Part shown: one piece after another, positions 51,805 to 64,000 of the stretch
How positions within the stretch are numbered: the stretch's first letter is position 1
Layout of the letters: every line of letters starts with the position of its first letter
Assembly (NCBI RefSeq): GCF_006345805.1
Contig: NC_043005.1
Location: 73,284,001 to 73,348,000, forward strand
Source: Octopus sinensis
Taxonomy: Eukaryota
Length of the DNA stretch: 64,000 bases
Direction of reading: 5' to 3'
Translations under genes and position numbers: made by a program
Notes under the pieces: generated by a model
Seen by the model: only the letters and a program-made list of their open reading frames with translations
Told to the model about the DNA's origin: nothing
Database searches by the model: none

Positions 51805-53256
51805 TACATATGTGTATATATATAAATATATATAAATATGTATATATATGTATATATTTTAAGGGTAAAATACATACATATATACACACATACACACACA
51901 CACACTATACTATCTATGCATAATTATACATTTATAACTTTCTTCCATGCTTTCTTTCATGCATATATATGTATATATATATATACATACATACATACAT
52001 ACATACATACATAAGTATATAGACATACACACACTCGTACACTCATACATACATTTAAAGAGAGAGAGAGATAAAGAGAGTTATACATTTGACTTGGGCG
52101 CGTTTTGAAGTGATTAATATAATGATATTTGTATAGAGAACAGATGTCTGGTATAATTTGCAAGCATCGCCTTGGTAGCTTAACTTTGTAGTTATCATAT
52201 TTGAGAATAATTATCAACATATGACAGACGTACAAAGTAAAACATTAAATGCATTAAGCTTGTAATTATTTGCAAGCTTTTTGAACTTTTAAAACCTATA
52301 CTAATTTTAGAGAATTCTTCGCTTTATTTGAGAAGTAAATAAAAAATATGGATATGTTGACAGCAGAGGAATTTGAGCATCGATATGAATTCGATAGTTT
52401 GCGTACGAAAACACCTCGTGTAAATCACTCATCATAAATGCGTAACTCATCATAGAAGTTAAGCTAAAACACAGGTATAGATTAAGATAATCCATATAAA
52501 GTGGTAAGAATTCAGCAGAGCGGAAATAAAGTCTAATATTGTTTGTTTTTTGGCACAAAGTCAGCAATTTCGAAAGTGGGGGGTGGGGGCGAGTCAATCA
52601 TATAAATTGCTACTTATTTTATTGACCCCGAGAGAAGGAAAGGCAAAGTTTACCTTGGTGGCATTTGAGCTCAGAGCTTTAAGACGGACGAAATGTTGCT
52701 AACCATTTTGCACGGGGAGCTAAGGATTCTGCCATCAGGCAGCCCTTGCCAATATTCTGAAGAGACAGCTCAATCAATCGCTAGATAGATAGATAGTAAT
52801 AACTGTGCACAAAGTATCTGGTAATTTCGAAAAAAATATAAATTATATGCTATGTATAAAGTGAAGGCGCGCAGACCAGTAGTCAGGATGTTGCACTCAA
52901 AACCTAAAGGTAGCTTTTTCGATTCCTCTACCAGAGGAGGCTTTGAGGCTTCATTTTTACGTCGCTTCCGTTCATTCAGCTGGAAATGAGCTCCGCCAAT
53001 AGATGGGAAGTTAAAATGTGAAACGTCTGGCGTCACGTACAGGATGAAGTGTTGTAAGCTCAGTCCCATTTACAGCATGGAAACCGATTTAAACATCAAC
53101 CTTATGACATATAAGGTTCGAGACATTTCTGTTACCATACCTGTGTAATATGTATTGATTTCTATCTTTTATGCACAATTATATTGTATGTACAGAGAAA
53201 GAAAGCATGGAAGAAAGTTATAAATGTATAACCATGCATACATAGTATAGTGTGTA

Positions 53257-53310
<54 letters not shown>

Positions 53311-54133
53311 TATGTGTGTGTGTGTGTGTGAGTGTTTGTGTGAGGGAGTCACTGAGTCACTGAACGAAAGGAACTTGGGCAACAAAATCGAAAATGCAGT
53401 GCATCACGAATGAAATGTCTCTTGAGATATTTGTTCTGCATTAAATAACAACTACTCCCGTCACACCCTTGAGAAACAAGGCAAAGTAGATAATTGGCTT
53501 TATGGAAATCTGTAAGCAATGAAACTGATTTGCACCATCTCTGATATGAAGTAAATAATATCAACAAAAAAAAAAAAACAGAAATGCAATTATGAAACCG
53601 TGTTGTTACAACATAAACATTTAATCATAGAAAGACTCTATTCTCTAACCAGCAATAATACACTCTATGTCATAGAGTAAAGCTGCATTCTGTTTGGAGA
53701 CAGGCCAACTAAAGTGCTGCATATGTGACACATTGCTGAGATTGAAGGTTGAAGGGATTCCAGATTTGAAGCGTTGCCAGATATTGAAGCGGTCAACTTA
53801 TATCCCGATTTTCGTACTTCCTGCAAACTAAGAGCTAAATATATTTTGAAATGTGCATCGTATGGCTTGTATGCGCAGTGCATAGTGTGTTTGTGCGTGC
53901 GTATAATTATGCAGGCGTGTATGTATTATGTACGTATGTATGTATGTATGTATGTATGTATTTATGTATGTATGTATGTATGTATGTATGTCTTTATGTA
54001 TATATATATATATATAGATAGATTATATACTACATATATATATATATTATTATATATACTATATATAATATAATATATATATATATATATATAAATATAT
54101 TATATACGTATGTATATGTCGTGTGTCAATGCT

Positions 54134-54206
<73 letters not shown>

Positions 54207-55229
54207 ATATCGTGAGTTATTTGCCATTTATATGAGGCTAACCTTTAAGGGTTGATGATAATGTAGCTTGTAGCCCCGGAAATACATGTCCTCCAGCTGG
54301 CTATTGACACATTATCCGTGCCCTATATATATATATAGAGAGAGAGAGACATACAGATAGACAGACAGACAGGCAAACAGACGGACCGAGATGGGGAATT
54401 AGAGGATAAACAGGAAAATATTTAAAATTGAGTGTTGATTTGTTACAGGAGTATAATTCACAAGGGATCGATATAAGTTCAGTTATAAAATAAGTCTGAA
54501 TTATTGGTATCATCGAATCTAAAGCTACATCGCAACTGTAATCTTGACTGCCGATCATTTCCAGGGAAATTTACTATCTACGTATCTATTCCTGAAACAA
54601 CTTGTTGAGACTCTGTGCACACATTCCTTCCGTCCTCCTCTCTTCTCATTCATCTTTAGATTCTACCTACGGTGATCAGCTTTACTTAATACCAACAATT
54701 AGGACTTACCGTATAACTGTTCCGGGAGAATACGAGAATGTACATAATCATTTTGAGCATTCATCCACTGATTGTGTATCGACCCCTTCTGCTCTACACT
54801 CTAGTAACCACTCAATCTTAATATTTAAATATATAAATGTTATAACCTGACCTGATATCAGATGTTTGTCTGCTGACACTTATAGCATTTAATTTCATGA
54901 CACATTTTGCAACAGAAATCACAGTTTAATAGCGTGCACAGCCAAGACTTTATCCCATAAAGTTCATGAGATAGTTCGGTAGTTTGACGAGAACTTCCCG
55001 TATGCATAGCCTACAACTATAACCAAATTGAGCATCAAAATTTCAGAATGTCTTGAGTCGAGCTGGCGTACACTCTCCTGCAAGCTTTGTTCACAGCTGC
55101 ATATTCAACCTGGAATGATTGAATAAGAAAACATGCCACGGTAGAATATGTATTTGATACGTAAAAATTAACCCATAAGTTGAAATTTGAACAAGGAATT
55201 TCTGTACCAATCATATTAACTTGTTTCCT

Positions 55230-55625
55230 CTAAATGTTTCCATTAATTGTATGTCATGTCACACCGTTCCTTATTGATATTTTGTAGGACGTCAGACGGT
55301 TGACATACACACCTTTGGAAATGACTATATGGTCCCACTTTTTCCATCTCCAGCTCGTTACTTTCTCCCTGAGGTTCTTGTGACAGCCCCTCTCCAGTAC
55401 TTTAGGATTTCGTGTCAATGGCAACCTACTTCAAAAATTATAGAACCTTTCCGTATACGCTAAATTCAGCTCCTTCCAAATTTAGTTCTTCCCAGTTCTT
55501 TACATAGATCTGCAGTTACTTCATTTTTGCATTTTATGCACTCTTTGTACCCTTTATTGTGGTTTCTGTTGAGGACGTTTCCCAGTGCACAGTTCACCGT
55601 TGAACAACTGATTTGAAATCCTGTT
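55230..55625 (-). pseudogene. RTE-clade LINE C-terminal relic
   Basis: Manual translation RISNQLFNGELCTGKRPQQKP / RYKECIK / IYVKNWEEL resembles RTE RIPKQLLYGEL..GKR..G.P..RYKD.LK..I...WE.LA. Confidence 0.6.
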
Positions 55626-55804
55626 AACTTCCATACACACAACATTTCAGAAAATCTTTCTTCTTACATATCCACATACACACACATACATGCGCACTTA
55701 GTACGTACATATATACATACATACATACGTATACACACATAAATATACACATACACACAACACAGAGGACACGCGTATATCTGTATATAACGATATATAT
55801 ATAT

Positions 55805-55852
<48 letters not shown>

Positions 55853-55872
55853 GTATATATATACATTATATG

Positions 55873-55905
<33 letters not shown>

Positions 55906-56352
55906 ATATATATAATATATATATATGTGTGTGTGTAAACATGTTACATTTATGTATGCTTTATGTATATGTAGGTATATACTTCCCATCGAGTCTTGAA
56001 TTTAAATTATCCCATTATAAAATCAATGGATTTGAATGAATACGTGTAATGTATGTATATATTGTATTTGAAATATTCGCTTACTTTTTCTACTGTCAGC
56101 ACTCTCACACTATATGTTTATGTGTGTATTTTCTTCGGTCAGTGACATGATATACATTCATTTATCTACCTATTTATCCGAATAAAATTAATTCACAAAC
56201 TTCATAAAAGTTTTTCCATCACTTTCTTTTTATTTTGGAAATTTCCAAGTACAACGATGTCCATATATATGTGTGTCTAGATTTGTGTGCGTGTGTGTGT
56301 GTGCGCGCGTACATCACGACCATCTGGTCCAGCTTACTCGAACAATATATAC

Positions 56353-56384
<32 letters not shown>

Positions 56385-56425
56385 TTATATATATATGATA
56401 TATATATATATATACACATATATAT

Positions 56426-56497
<72 letters not shown>

Positions 56498-57240
56498 TAT
56501 AAATAGTCTGTATATTATACAAGTATACATATTATTTATAATATATATATATATAGTATGTAGTACTGCCAAGAATTTTAATGATGAAAACTATTGATAC
56601 AAATGGAATATATTAAGACAATGAAACGGAAATAAAGTCTACTGAGATATAGATTTCTGCGGATTGAATATATATGCTTACAAAATACTGTATTTGTATG
56701 CTTTGTGTGCGTATGTATACATGAATAAATGCAAAAGTGTCTGACGGAGGCTTTCATTTTGTTTGTACTATGTATAAGTTCTCAAGTCAACATGCTCAAG
56801 TCAGAATGATTTATAATCTGTGTATTTAGGACGTGGTCAGTATATTTATTTGTCACACAGTTCTGAAGAATCATGTTGAACATGTGCGTTGAAGCATTAT
56901 TTTCCTGTGGTGAATAACGGGGGAAATTTTACCAATAATGGTCGAAATTGTCGTTTAAAATTGTAAGATGTGTTATAATGAACTACAATGGAACCATTGT
57001 TAATTGAAGTAGTAAAATGGTTTTGTTTTTCTGTTTTTCAAAATATATATATATATATATATGCATGTATGTATTATATATATCTATATAGGCTTAGTCG
57101 TGGGTAGGTGGTAACAAGCTTGCTTCACGATCGCATGGTTATGGGTTCAGTCCCACTGCATGGCGCCTACTTCTATAGCCTGGTCTGACTAAAGCCTTGT
57201 CAGTGGATTTCCTAGTCGGAAAACTGAAAGATGCCCGCCT

Positions 57241-57282
<42 letters not shown>

Positions 57283-57342
57283 TATTATATATTATATATA
57301 TACATACATACACATACATACATACATACATATATGCATGCA

Positions 57343-57808
57343 TACAAGGTGAATTCTATAATCTTTAAAGTTTCCAGTGTTTTTCAGGAGCGACATTTAG
57401 TAATTTAAAAGAAGTACAAACTTCAACCTCCTTTGAAGAAGGATCCTCTGACTTCAATGCATTTGTTGTTGTGCACGTAACGGCCCCATTGAAGTTCTTC
57501 AAAGGGAAGATCTCATCTTCGAAACAACTGCTCTTGAGATTATGCTACAGCTAAGGGAACTAAGTCTGGACTGTAAGGAGAAGGTGGGGGACAGTTTTGA
57601 TGCCAGTTTCTATCAAGTAATTGGTTACCACGACGCTGGTCACTAAGCACCCTGGGAATAAATATTTGCACAAATTCTTACTCATTTTCAGGTCTTCATG
57701 AATAATTCTGTGTATATTTGTCACCAACTCCAAACTGTGACATACGACGGTTTCCATCAAGAAAATTGCGTATTTTCACAATCAGCTTAGATATTATGAC
57801 GTCCCTCT
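57343..57808 (-). mobile_element. Second, older mariner deletion derivative
   Basis: Minus strand encodes IHRIIHEDLKMSK.. fused to YLIETGIKTVP(H) and a frameshifted PYSPDL. Confidence 0.6.
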
Positions 57809-58088
57809 CCTTCCCACACCTCTCAACTCCTCACCCTCCTTCTCAACCGTCCTTCAACTTCCGCCAGCGAAGAACCTGAGCCATAATGAGTGAGGAGAAT
57901 TTCATAAGTTTCTGTAACATTTTACTACAGTAAATTCTATTGCATAGCGAGCATCCAAAACGTCTTGACTGCATTCTGCCAACAAGCCAACCGTGACAAA
58001 GTAGTTGTTTGCAGGGTGTGTTAAGAGCGCAAAAGAGCCACCTCCTTCAATCTGGCATAACAAAGCTGGTTGGTCAGCTTATTAGATA

Positions 58089-59100
58089 CTAGCAGCATAG
58101 CCCGGCGTTGCCCGGGTATGTAAGAGCCCCTAGTAGGCAACGACTAATCCCAATCTAGTCCTTTCCCTCTAGAGAACGAAGGCGTACGTGTGGGTTGCAA
58201 TGTCTTCTCTTCACTCCCAAATAACTATCAAACAGCTATCGATAATTCAACCCAACCAATTCCTACCAGGAAGAAATTACATTCGAGACTTTACCTCCAA
58301 CACCGCTACTTCTGCTAATTGCTACTGCAGCCGCAAGTTATTCGAATACTTTTTTCTGTTTAAACTTTCTTTATAACTACCACCCCAAATGTTTTACCTT
58401 AAATTTTTGACGTACCCTAAGGGTCCTCGGACGCTACTTGCAAACTCTTGGTTTATTATAAACCGCTTTTGTCGTGTGCACCAAAAAACATTTTCCATTC
58501 GTTTGTTCAGTTTGGTCACTTTTGACTTTTTCGTTGTTGTCACTCACATTGCTGCCCGCTTTTTTGCCGTTTTTGTACATTTTTATACATTTTGGGATAC
58601 AATAACCCAGGAGAGCTATAATTGCCTTATCTAAAGTCTCAAAACATCTGGAATAGCTGCAACTTGAGACACGGAACTTGCATTCTAAAGTAAAATATAT
58701 ATTTTCAAAATTTCTTGTTGTAAATTATATAACTTACTCAAGAACCGAAAGTTTGGTGCGTTGCAATATCAATATATCAAATGCACGAAATTCTCAGCCT
58801 TTGAGTAAATTACCTTGCTTCACAACTAAGTGTTTTATGCTTACTAATAAATACGAATGTCTGTGCCGTGTCTGTATAGGTTTTGGCTTATAAACCCGAA
58901 GTCAGCGGGATCTACGCCCACAAATGGTATATATTCGCAATCCCGTCAGTCCCAAATGTACTTGCGCTATTTTGATTTCATAGGCCGCGACACAACTTTG
59001 CTCTCTTTCTCTCTCTCCCCTTTTCTCTCACTCTCCTCATTACCTCTCACTCTCCCTTCTCTCTCTCACACGTATATATATTATATATATATAAATATAT
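58089..59100 (-). mobile_element. Non-autonomous Helitron of a different family (3' end clear, 5' end uncertain)
   Basis: Minus strand ends CCCGGGCAACGCCGGG-ctatgctg-CTAG|T. The right boundary is a guess. Confidence 0.55.
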
Positions 59101-59621
59101 ACATATATATATGCGTGTGCGTATATATACTTATATATACTTATATATATATATATATGTATGTATATATGGGGTAGAAAGGGCTCCTTAGCCGTAGTGA
59201 AGGCAATCTATCTAGGGAGATAACCTTACAATAAATCACTGGGTCCGTAGCTTAGAAATACTGGGTTGACGTCCAGCGGGAACAGCTTTGTTTCATGGAG
59301 GAGGAAAGATCTTCTTTAGTACTTGGTTGTACAATGCTTTCCAATGTGTGTAGTAGTGGCGCGCGCACACATTATTAGCCATTTGAAAAGACTATGAAAG
59401 TCTCGACCACGGTCGAACAATGATGATGATGATGATGTATATATATATACATATATAAAACAATATATGTGCATATATGTATATTTTTATATAAAAATAA
59501 TATATATACATATATGTATATATATATATATATATATATTATATATGTGTGTGTGTTGTGTGTGTGTGTGGTGTGTGTGTGTGTTGTATTTATATAAAAA
59601 TAATATATTAACATATATGTA

Positions 59622-59652
<31 letters not shown>

Positions 59653-60213
59653 ATATATACATAATATATATATATATATATATATATATAGTATATATAA
59701 TATATATATATATGCATGTAAGTATACATATATATATATATATATATATACACCTACACACAGACACACCGATATACACACACATGTATGTCCGGTTCTC
59801 GTTGGTTAAAGCCGCGCACGTGATGTGATTAGTTTCTGGATACGGAACACCACTCTACTCGAGCAAATATAATTTGCTACCGGCAATGGAGTCCCTGGTC
59901 ATTGTTGTTAAAAACAGTAACTCATCGATTTTATTCTGATCCGCCTAAAACCGATGCTTTCGAAATGCATTGCACGGGCAACGGAAAATTTCCCAAGCTG
60001 ATCTCTTGTCTGTGCTGACAGTTGGACAATGTTTTTAGTTTCCCATAAAGAATTAACATATGCTTGAGGATATGGAATTTATCAACACTTTAAAAAACCT
60101 ATAAAACCTCGGTCTGTTAAGTTGCAAAATGGTGTAAGAGTTTTATTTATATCAAATCTCCCTGTCCTGCTAGAGACTAAATATTCGACGAAATGCAGTT
60201 AGTTTATTATAAA

Positions 60214-60272
<59 letters not shown>

Positions 60273-60337
60273 TATATATTATATATATATATATATATAA
60301 TATATATATGTATGCATATACATACATACATATATAG

Positions 60338-60489
60338 GACGGGCTTCTTTCAGTTTCCGTCAACTAAATCCACTCTGGTCGGCCCGAGGCTCTAGTAGAA
60401 GACACTTTCCGAAGGTGCCACGCAGTGGGACTGAACCCGGAACCATGTTGTTGGTAAGCAAGCTACTTACCACACACCCACTCCTACGC
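60338..60489 (-). mobile_element. SINE family A, head half
   Basis: gggcttctttcagtttccg...gggactgaacccggaaccatg...cttaccacaca. Confidence 0.8.
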
Positions 60490-60821
60490 TTACTAAATAT
60501 TTTTTTTAATTTTGTACAAGGCCAGCAATTTTTTCAGAGAAGAAGCAAATCGATTACATTGACCCAGTACTTGACTGGTGCTTATTTAATTGAATAAGTG
60601 ACAGCTCGCCACCTTATAAATCATTTATAAATATTATCACTGAATTTTACTTAACCGCTTTATTGATTACGTCCCTATTCAGCGCTATCAGGTCGATCAC
60701 TATTAAGCGTTATTACTATCTCGTATAAATTGGATGAAGGTGATATATGAAAGAAATGTGAAATTTCTGTAGTCTTTGATCTGAATATAAGAATATACCA
60801 AAAGTGTTCGAAATTATTCTA

Positions 60822-61367
60822 TTTGGTTATCTGGAAAGTTCATGCCGATATTTAATGAAAAGAAAAAGGTCAATAAATACTTGCCATTACATTTTTAATC
60901 AACCAAATATAAACCGTTTTGTTGCACAATGCGTCTCCATCTTTCCTTTAACTTGAAAATACCCTCTTCCCAGAATTGAGGTGGTTTCATGGCAAAGAAT
61001 TCATCAAGGTATCGTCTTACGTTATCCAAGGAATTGAAAATGTTACCATTTAGACTATTCTGCAGAGACCTGAATAAGTGGAAATTCGAAGGAGCAATAT
61101 CTGGTGAATATGGAGGATGGGGTAACACATTCCAGCCGAGTTGCAGCAATTTTTGTCTGTAAGTATGAACTTTCTTATCTTCCATGTTAAAGGGTTACAG
61201 AATTAACGTATGTCATAGGAACATAAACATTCTTCCACGAAAAGATAGCTTAAACTGTGCTCTAAATGGGGGTGTTGTCAAATCCTATTTTATGGGCTTA
61301 ACCATGTTCTAAAATAAGTCAAAATGTAAACTACTATAAATCGGCACGAACTTTCCGGACAACCCAA
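60822..61367 (-). mobile_element. Mariner internal-deletion derivative (mellifera-like)
   Basis: TIRs with TA flanks. ORF 60895-61185 reads RQKLLQLGWNVLPHPPYSPDIAPSNFHLFRSLQNSLNG..GIFKLKERWRRIVQQNG. Confidence 0.92.
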
Positions 61368-62082
61368 TAGTATGATTTATTTTTAATGTTCAGAATTCTT
61401 CTAATTGCACGATATACTTTCCAATGATGGACTTCGAAAGTAGTCAGTTAAACAGATTCCAATAATTACATTAATGATTGCATGATTGTTTTGAAGAGGG
61501 TATTCGTAGCATTTTAAGTGTGTGGCCTATGTTGAACACACAGGCGTACTTCGCATTAATATTGAGTGAGATGAAGTGCTTAAGGAATTTCCACGTAAGT
61601 GTAAAATGTTTTATTAGAGTTAGAATAAATATGGATTAGTTGCCAGTAGCTTCCAAATTTTGTTCCTGATATAGTAAACACCTTTCATCCCTAGGTTCTA
61701 TTGTGTTATGTGGTTGGTTGAGTTTTATCATTATGAACTAGATTTTCACGTAATTCACTCTTATCTAACGTATCCATTATAAGAGATGTTATTGAAGATA
61801 ATCGTATTCAAAAATGTATCCGAGAGACATCATTCTTTCAACCAGAGATTCATAATTATGATTTGCGGGTGGTTGGAATGTTTCTAGATGTAATTTATTG
61901 CCATTGTTTGGGCTTCTGTAGAAGTAATGTTAAACTCTCATTTAATTTAGTGCTATGTCTAAGGAGTTAACTATATTAGGGGTTTGTGTTTAGCTCCATG
62001 TCAATCGGGTTGTATCAGGCTTATAATCGAAGTGAAAATATAATCACACATGCACACATTTATAAATACATAAATATACATT

Positions 62083-62169
<87 letters not shown>

Positions 62170-62472
62170 GTATACATATAGGCATAAATATGTATCTATA
62201 CGTCATTCGGTATATTTAACAAGTTAAGTATCCAATACAACCATCGTTTTTGAGGCATTAGTGTGAACTAAGCTATAATTGGCAGCTATACCTAGCAGAT
62301 CAACAAATTACATAACGGCTCCTTGGATTTATTATTACTAAATGGTGATTGGAATGGAATTATTCCAATGTTTAAAATTAATCTTAGCTTAATTAGAAAA
62401 GCAGGTATATTCCTGATAATTCTTGTAATTTCCCTATACTATAGAAAATCTGCCTTGTGTGTGTGTGTGTGT

Positions 62473-62511
<39 letters not shown>

Positions 62512-62869
62512 ATATATGTATATACATGCATAATACATACTTACATACTTACATACATATCCGCACATATATGTATTATTCACACGCACACACACATATA
62601 TGATCCAGGCGTAGCCAAACTGTCGGCTTTTAGCTTGCTTCTTTTATTAGAATTGCAGATCTGAAGAATTCCCTTGAGGTTTCACGTTCTTTTAAAACTG
62701 TGTTACATTAAGACAAAGAAAGAAAGAAAAACAAATCATACACACAAAAAAAAGATGAGAAAATAAAAATAAAAAGACAATGAAAATAATAAAATAAAAA
62801 TTTAATCTACAAGAAAGATATGGCAAATATTTCGGAAGATAAAAGTATCATCATCATAAATCACCATTT

Positions 62870-63180
<311 letters not shown>

Positions 63181-63605
63181 TACAACCACCGCAGCAACCT
63201 TCACCAACGCCACCCTCACAAACACCAGCTACACCACCCTCACAACCTCTACCATCTTGTCATCTCTTTCTACATCATGGCGTATAATTTCTTTATCTTC
63301 TTCTTACCCTCACACGTAATAGTTCAATCGGCAGACGACTCAATGCTATAAACTTCTTAGAATTCAAGCGACAACCTTTCATGCACTTTCTCAGTCTCAG
63401 AAGGAAAGTATCGACCTGACATATTGCGTTATTGAATGCTCGCAGCTATTGAACTTCTTCGACGCTTTTGCTCCCACACTTAACGAAAATACAATTGCTT
63501 GTATCCGCTTACCAGTATCGTTTGACCGCTAGATGTATCACCTCACGTAATCATATATATATAGGACGACACGCAAATTCGTGAAGCGTTCCATATTTAC
63601 TGCAT

Positions 63606-63770
63606 GCGCAGGTGTGGCTGTGTGGTAAGCAGTTTGCTTCCCAACCACATGGTCACGAGTTCAATCCCGTTGTGTCGCACCTTGAGATGTCTTGCCCTAT
63701 ATCTCCGGACCATCCAAATTCTTGTAAGTACATTTGTTAGACAGAAACTGAAAAAAGCCCATATATATAT
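63606..63770 (+). mobile_element. SINE family A head
   Basis: gcgcaggtgtggctgtgtggtaagcag...gagttcaatccc...cagaaactgaaaaaagccc. Confidence 0.75.
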
Positions 63771-64000
63771 ATATATATTTATGTCGTCCCCAGTCGAAAG
63801 ACACCTGTTGTTATGTCGTGTTATTATTATTTTTATTCTATTTATATTGTATTTATATTTGTATAACATTGTCTGTTTTTCTGTCCGTGTTTTCATATAC
63901 ATTCGATGCTTTCTGCCAAGGAATCTAATGCTCTTAGTTTAGGTTTTCCTTGGGGCTGGCCAGATTGGAGCAATCTCAAGATTAATCAGCCGAAATTGCG

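Noticed and set aside
59170-59360. RTE 5'UTR or HDV-like ribozyme
   Set aside because: There is only a vague resemblance (gaaggcaatctatctagg), no fold could be built, and no ORF follows.
63782-64000. Second Penelope/hammerhead-type repeat (gtcgaaagac; cagccgaaattgcg)
   Set aside because: No CUGANGA core lies upstream of either GAAA, and the window ends before the element can be judged.

Overview
AT-rich eukaryotic non-coding DNA saturated with microsatellites and transposon relics. The SINE families, repeat spectrum and TTAGGG motif suggest an octopus (coleoid cephalopod) genome; this is inference. I could not support any host protein-coding exon with confidence, and almost all listed ORFs are microsatellite artefacts or TE remnants. 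Retroelements present: three different R4/Dong-clade (restriction-like endonuclease) LINE pieces, all ending in (AAT)n; a CR1/L2-group LINE 3' piece; RTE relics; at least four tRNA-derived SINE families; and five copies of an unclassified ~550-bp element associated with (AAT)n tracts. DNA elements present: non-autonomous Helitrons, mariner deletion derivatives, hAT and piggyBac-type pieces. There is one 100-N gap. The most interesting signal is a repeat carrying a minimal hammerhead-ribozyme-like motif (three decayed copies, intact by consensus). At 10031-12372 it appears to belong to a tRNA-head + (AAT)n + hammerhead composite SINE that was split by a Dong-like LINE inserted into its own AAT spacer. 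All coordinates and translations were read by eye; repeat boundaries are approximate.
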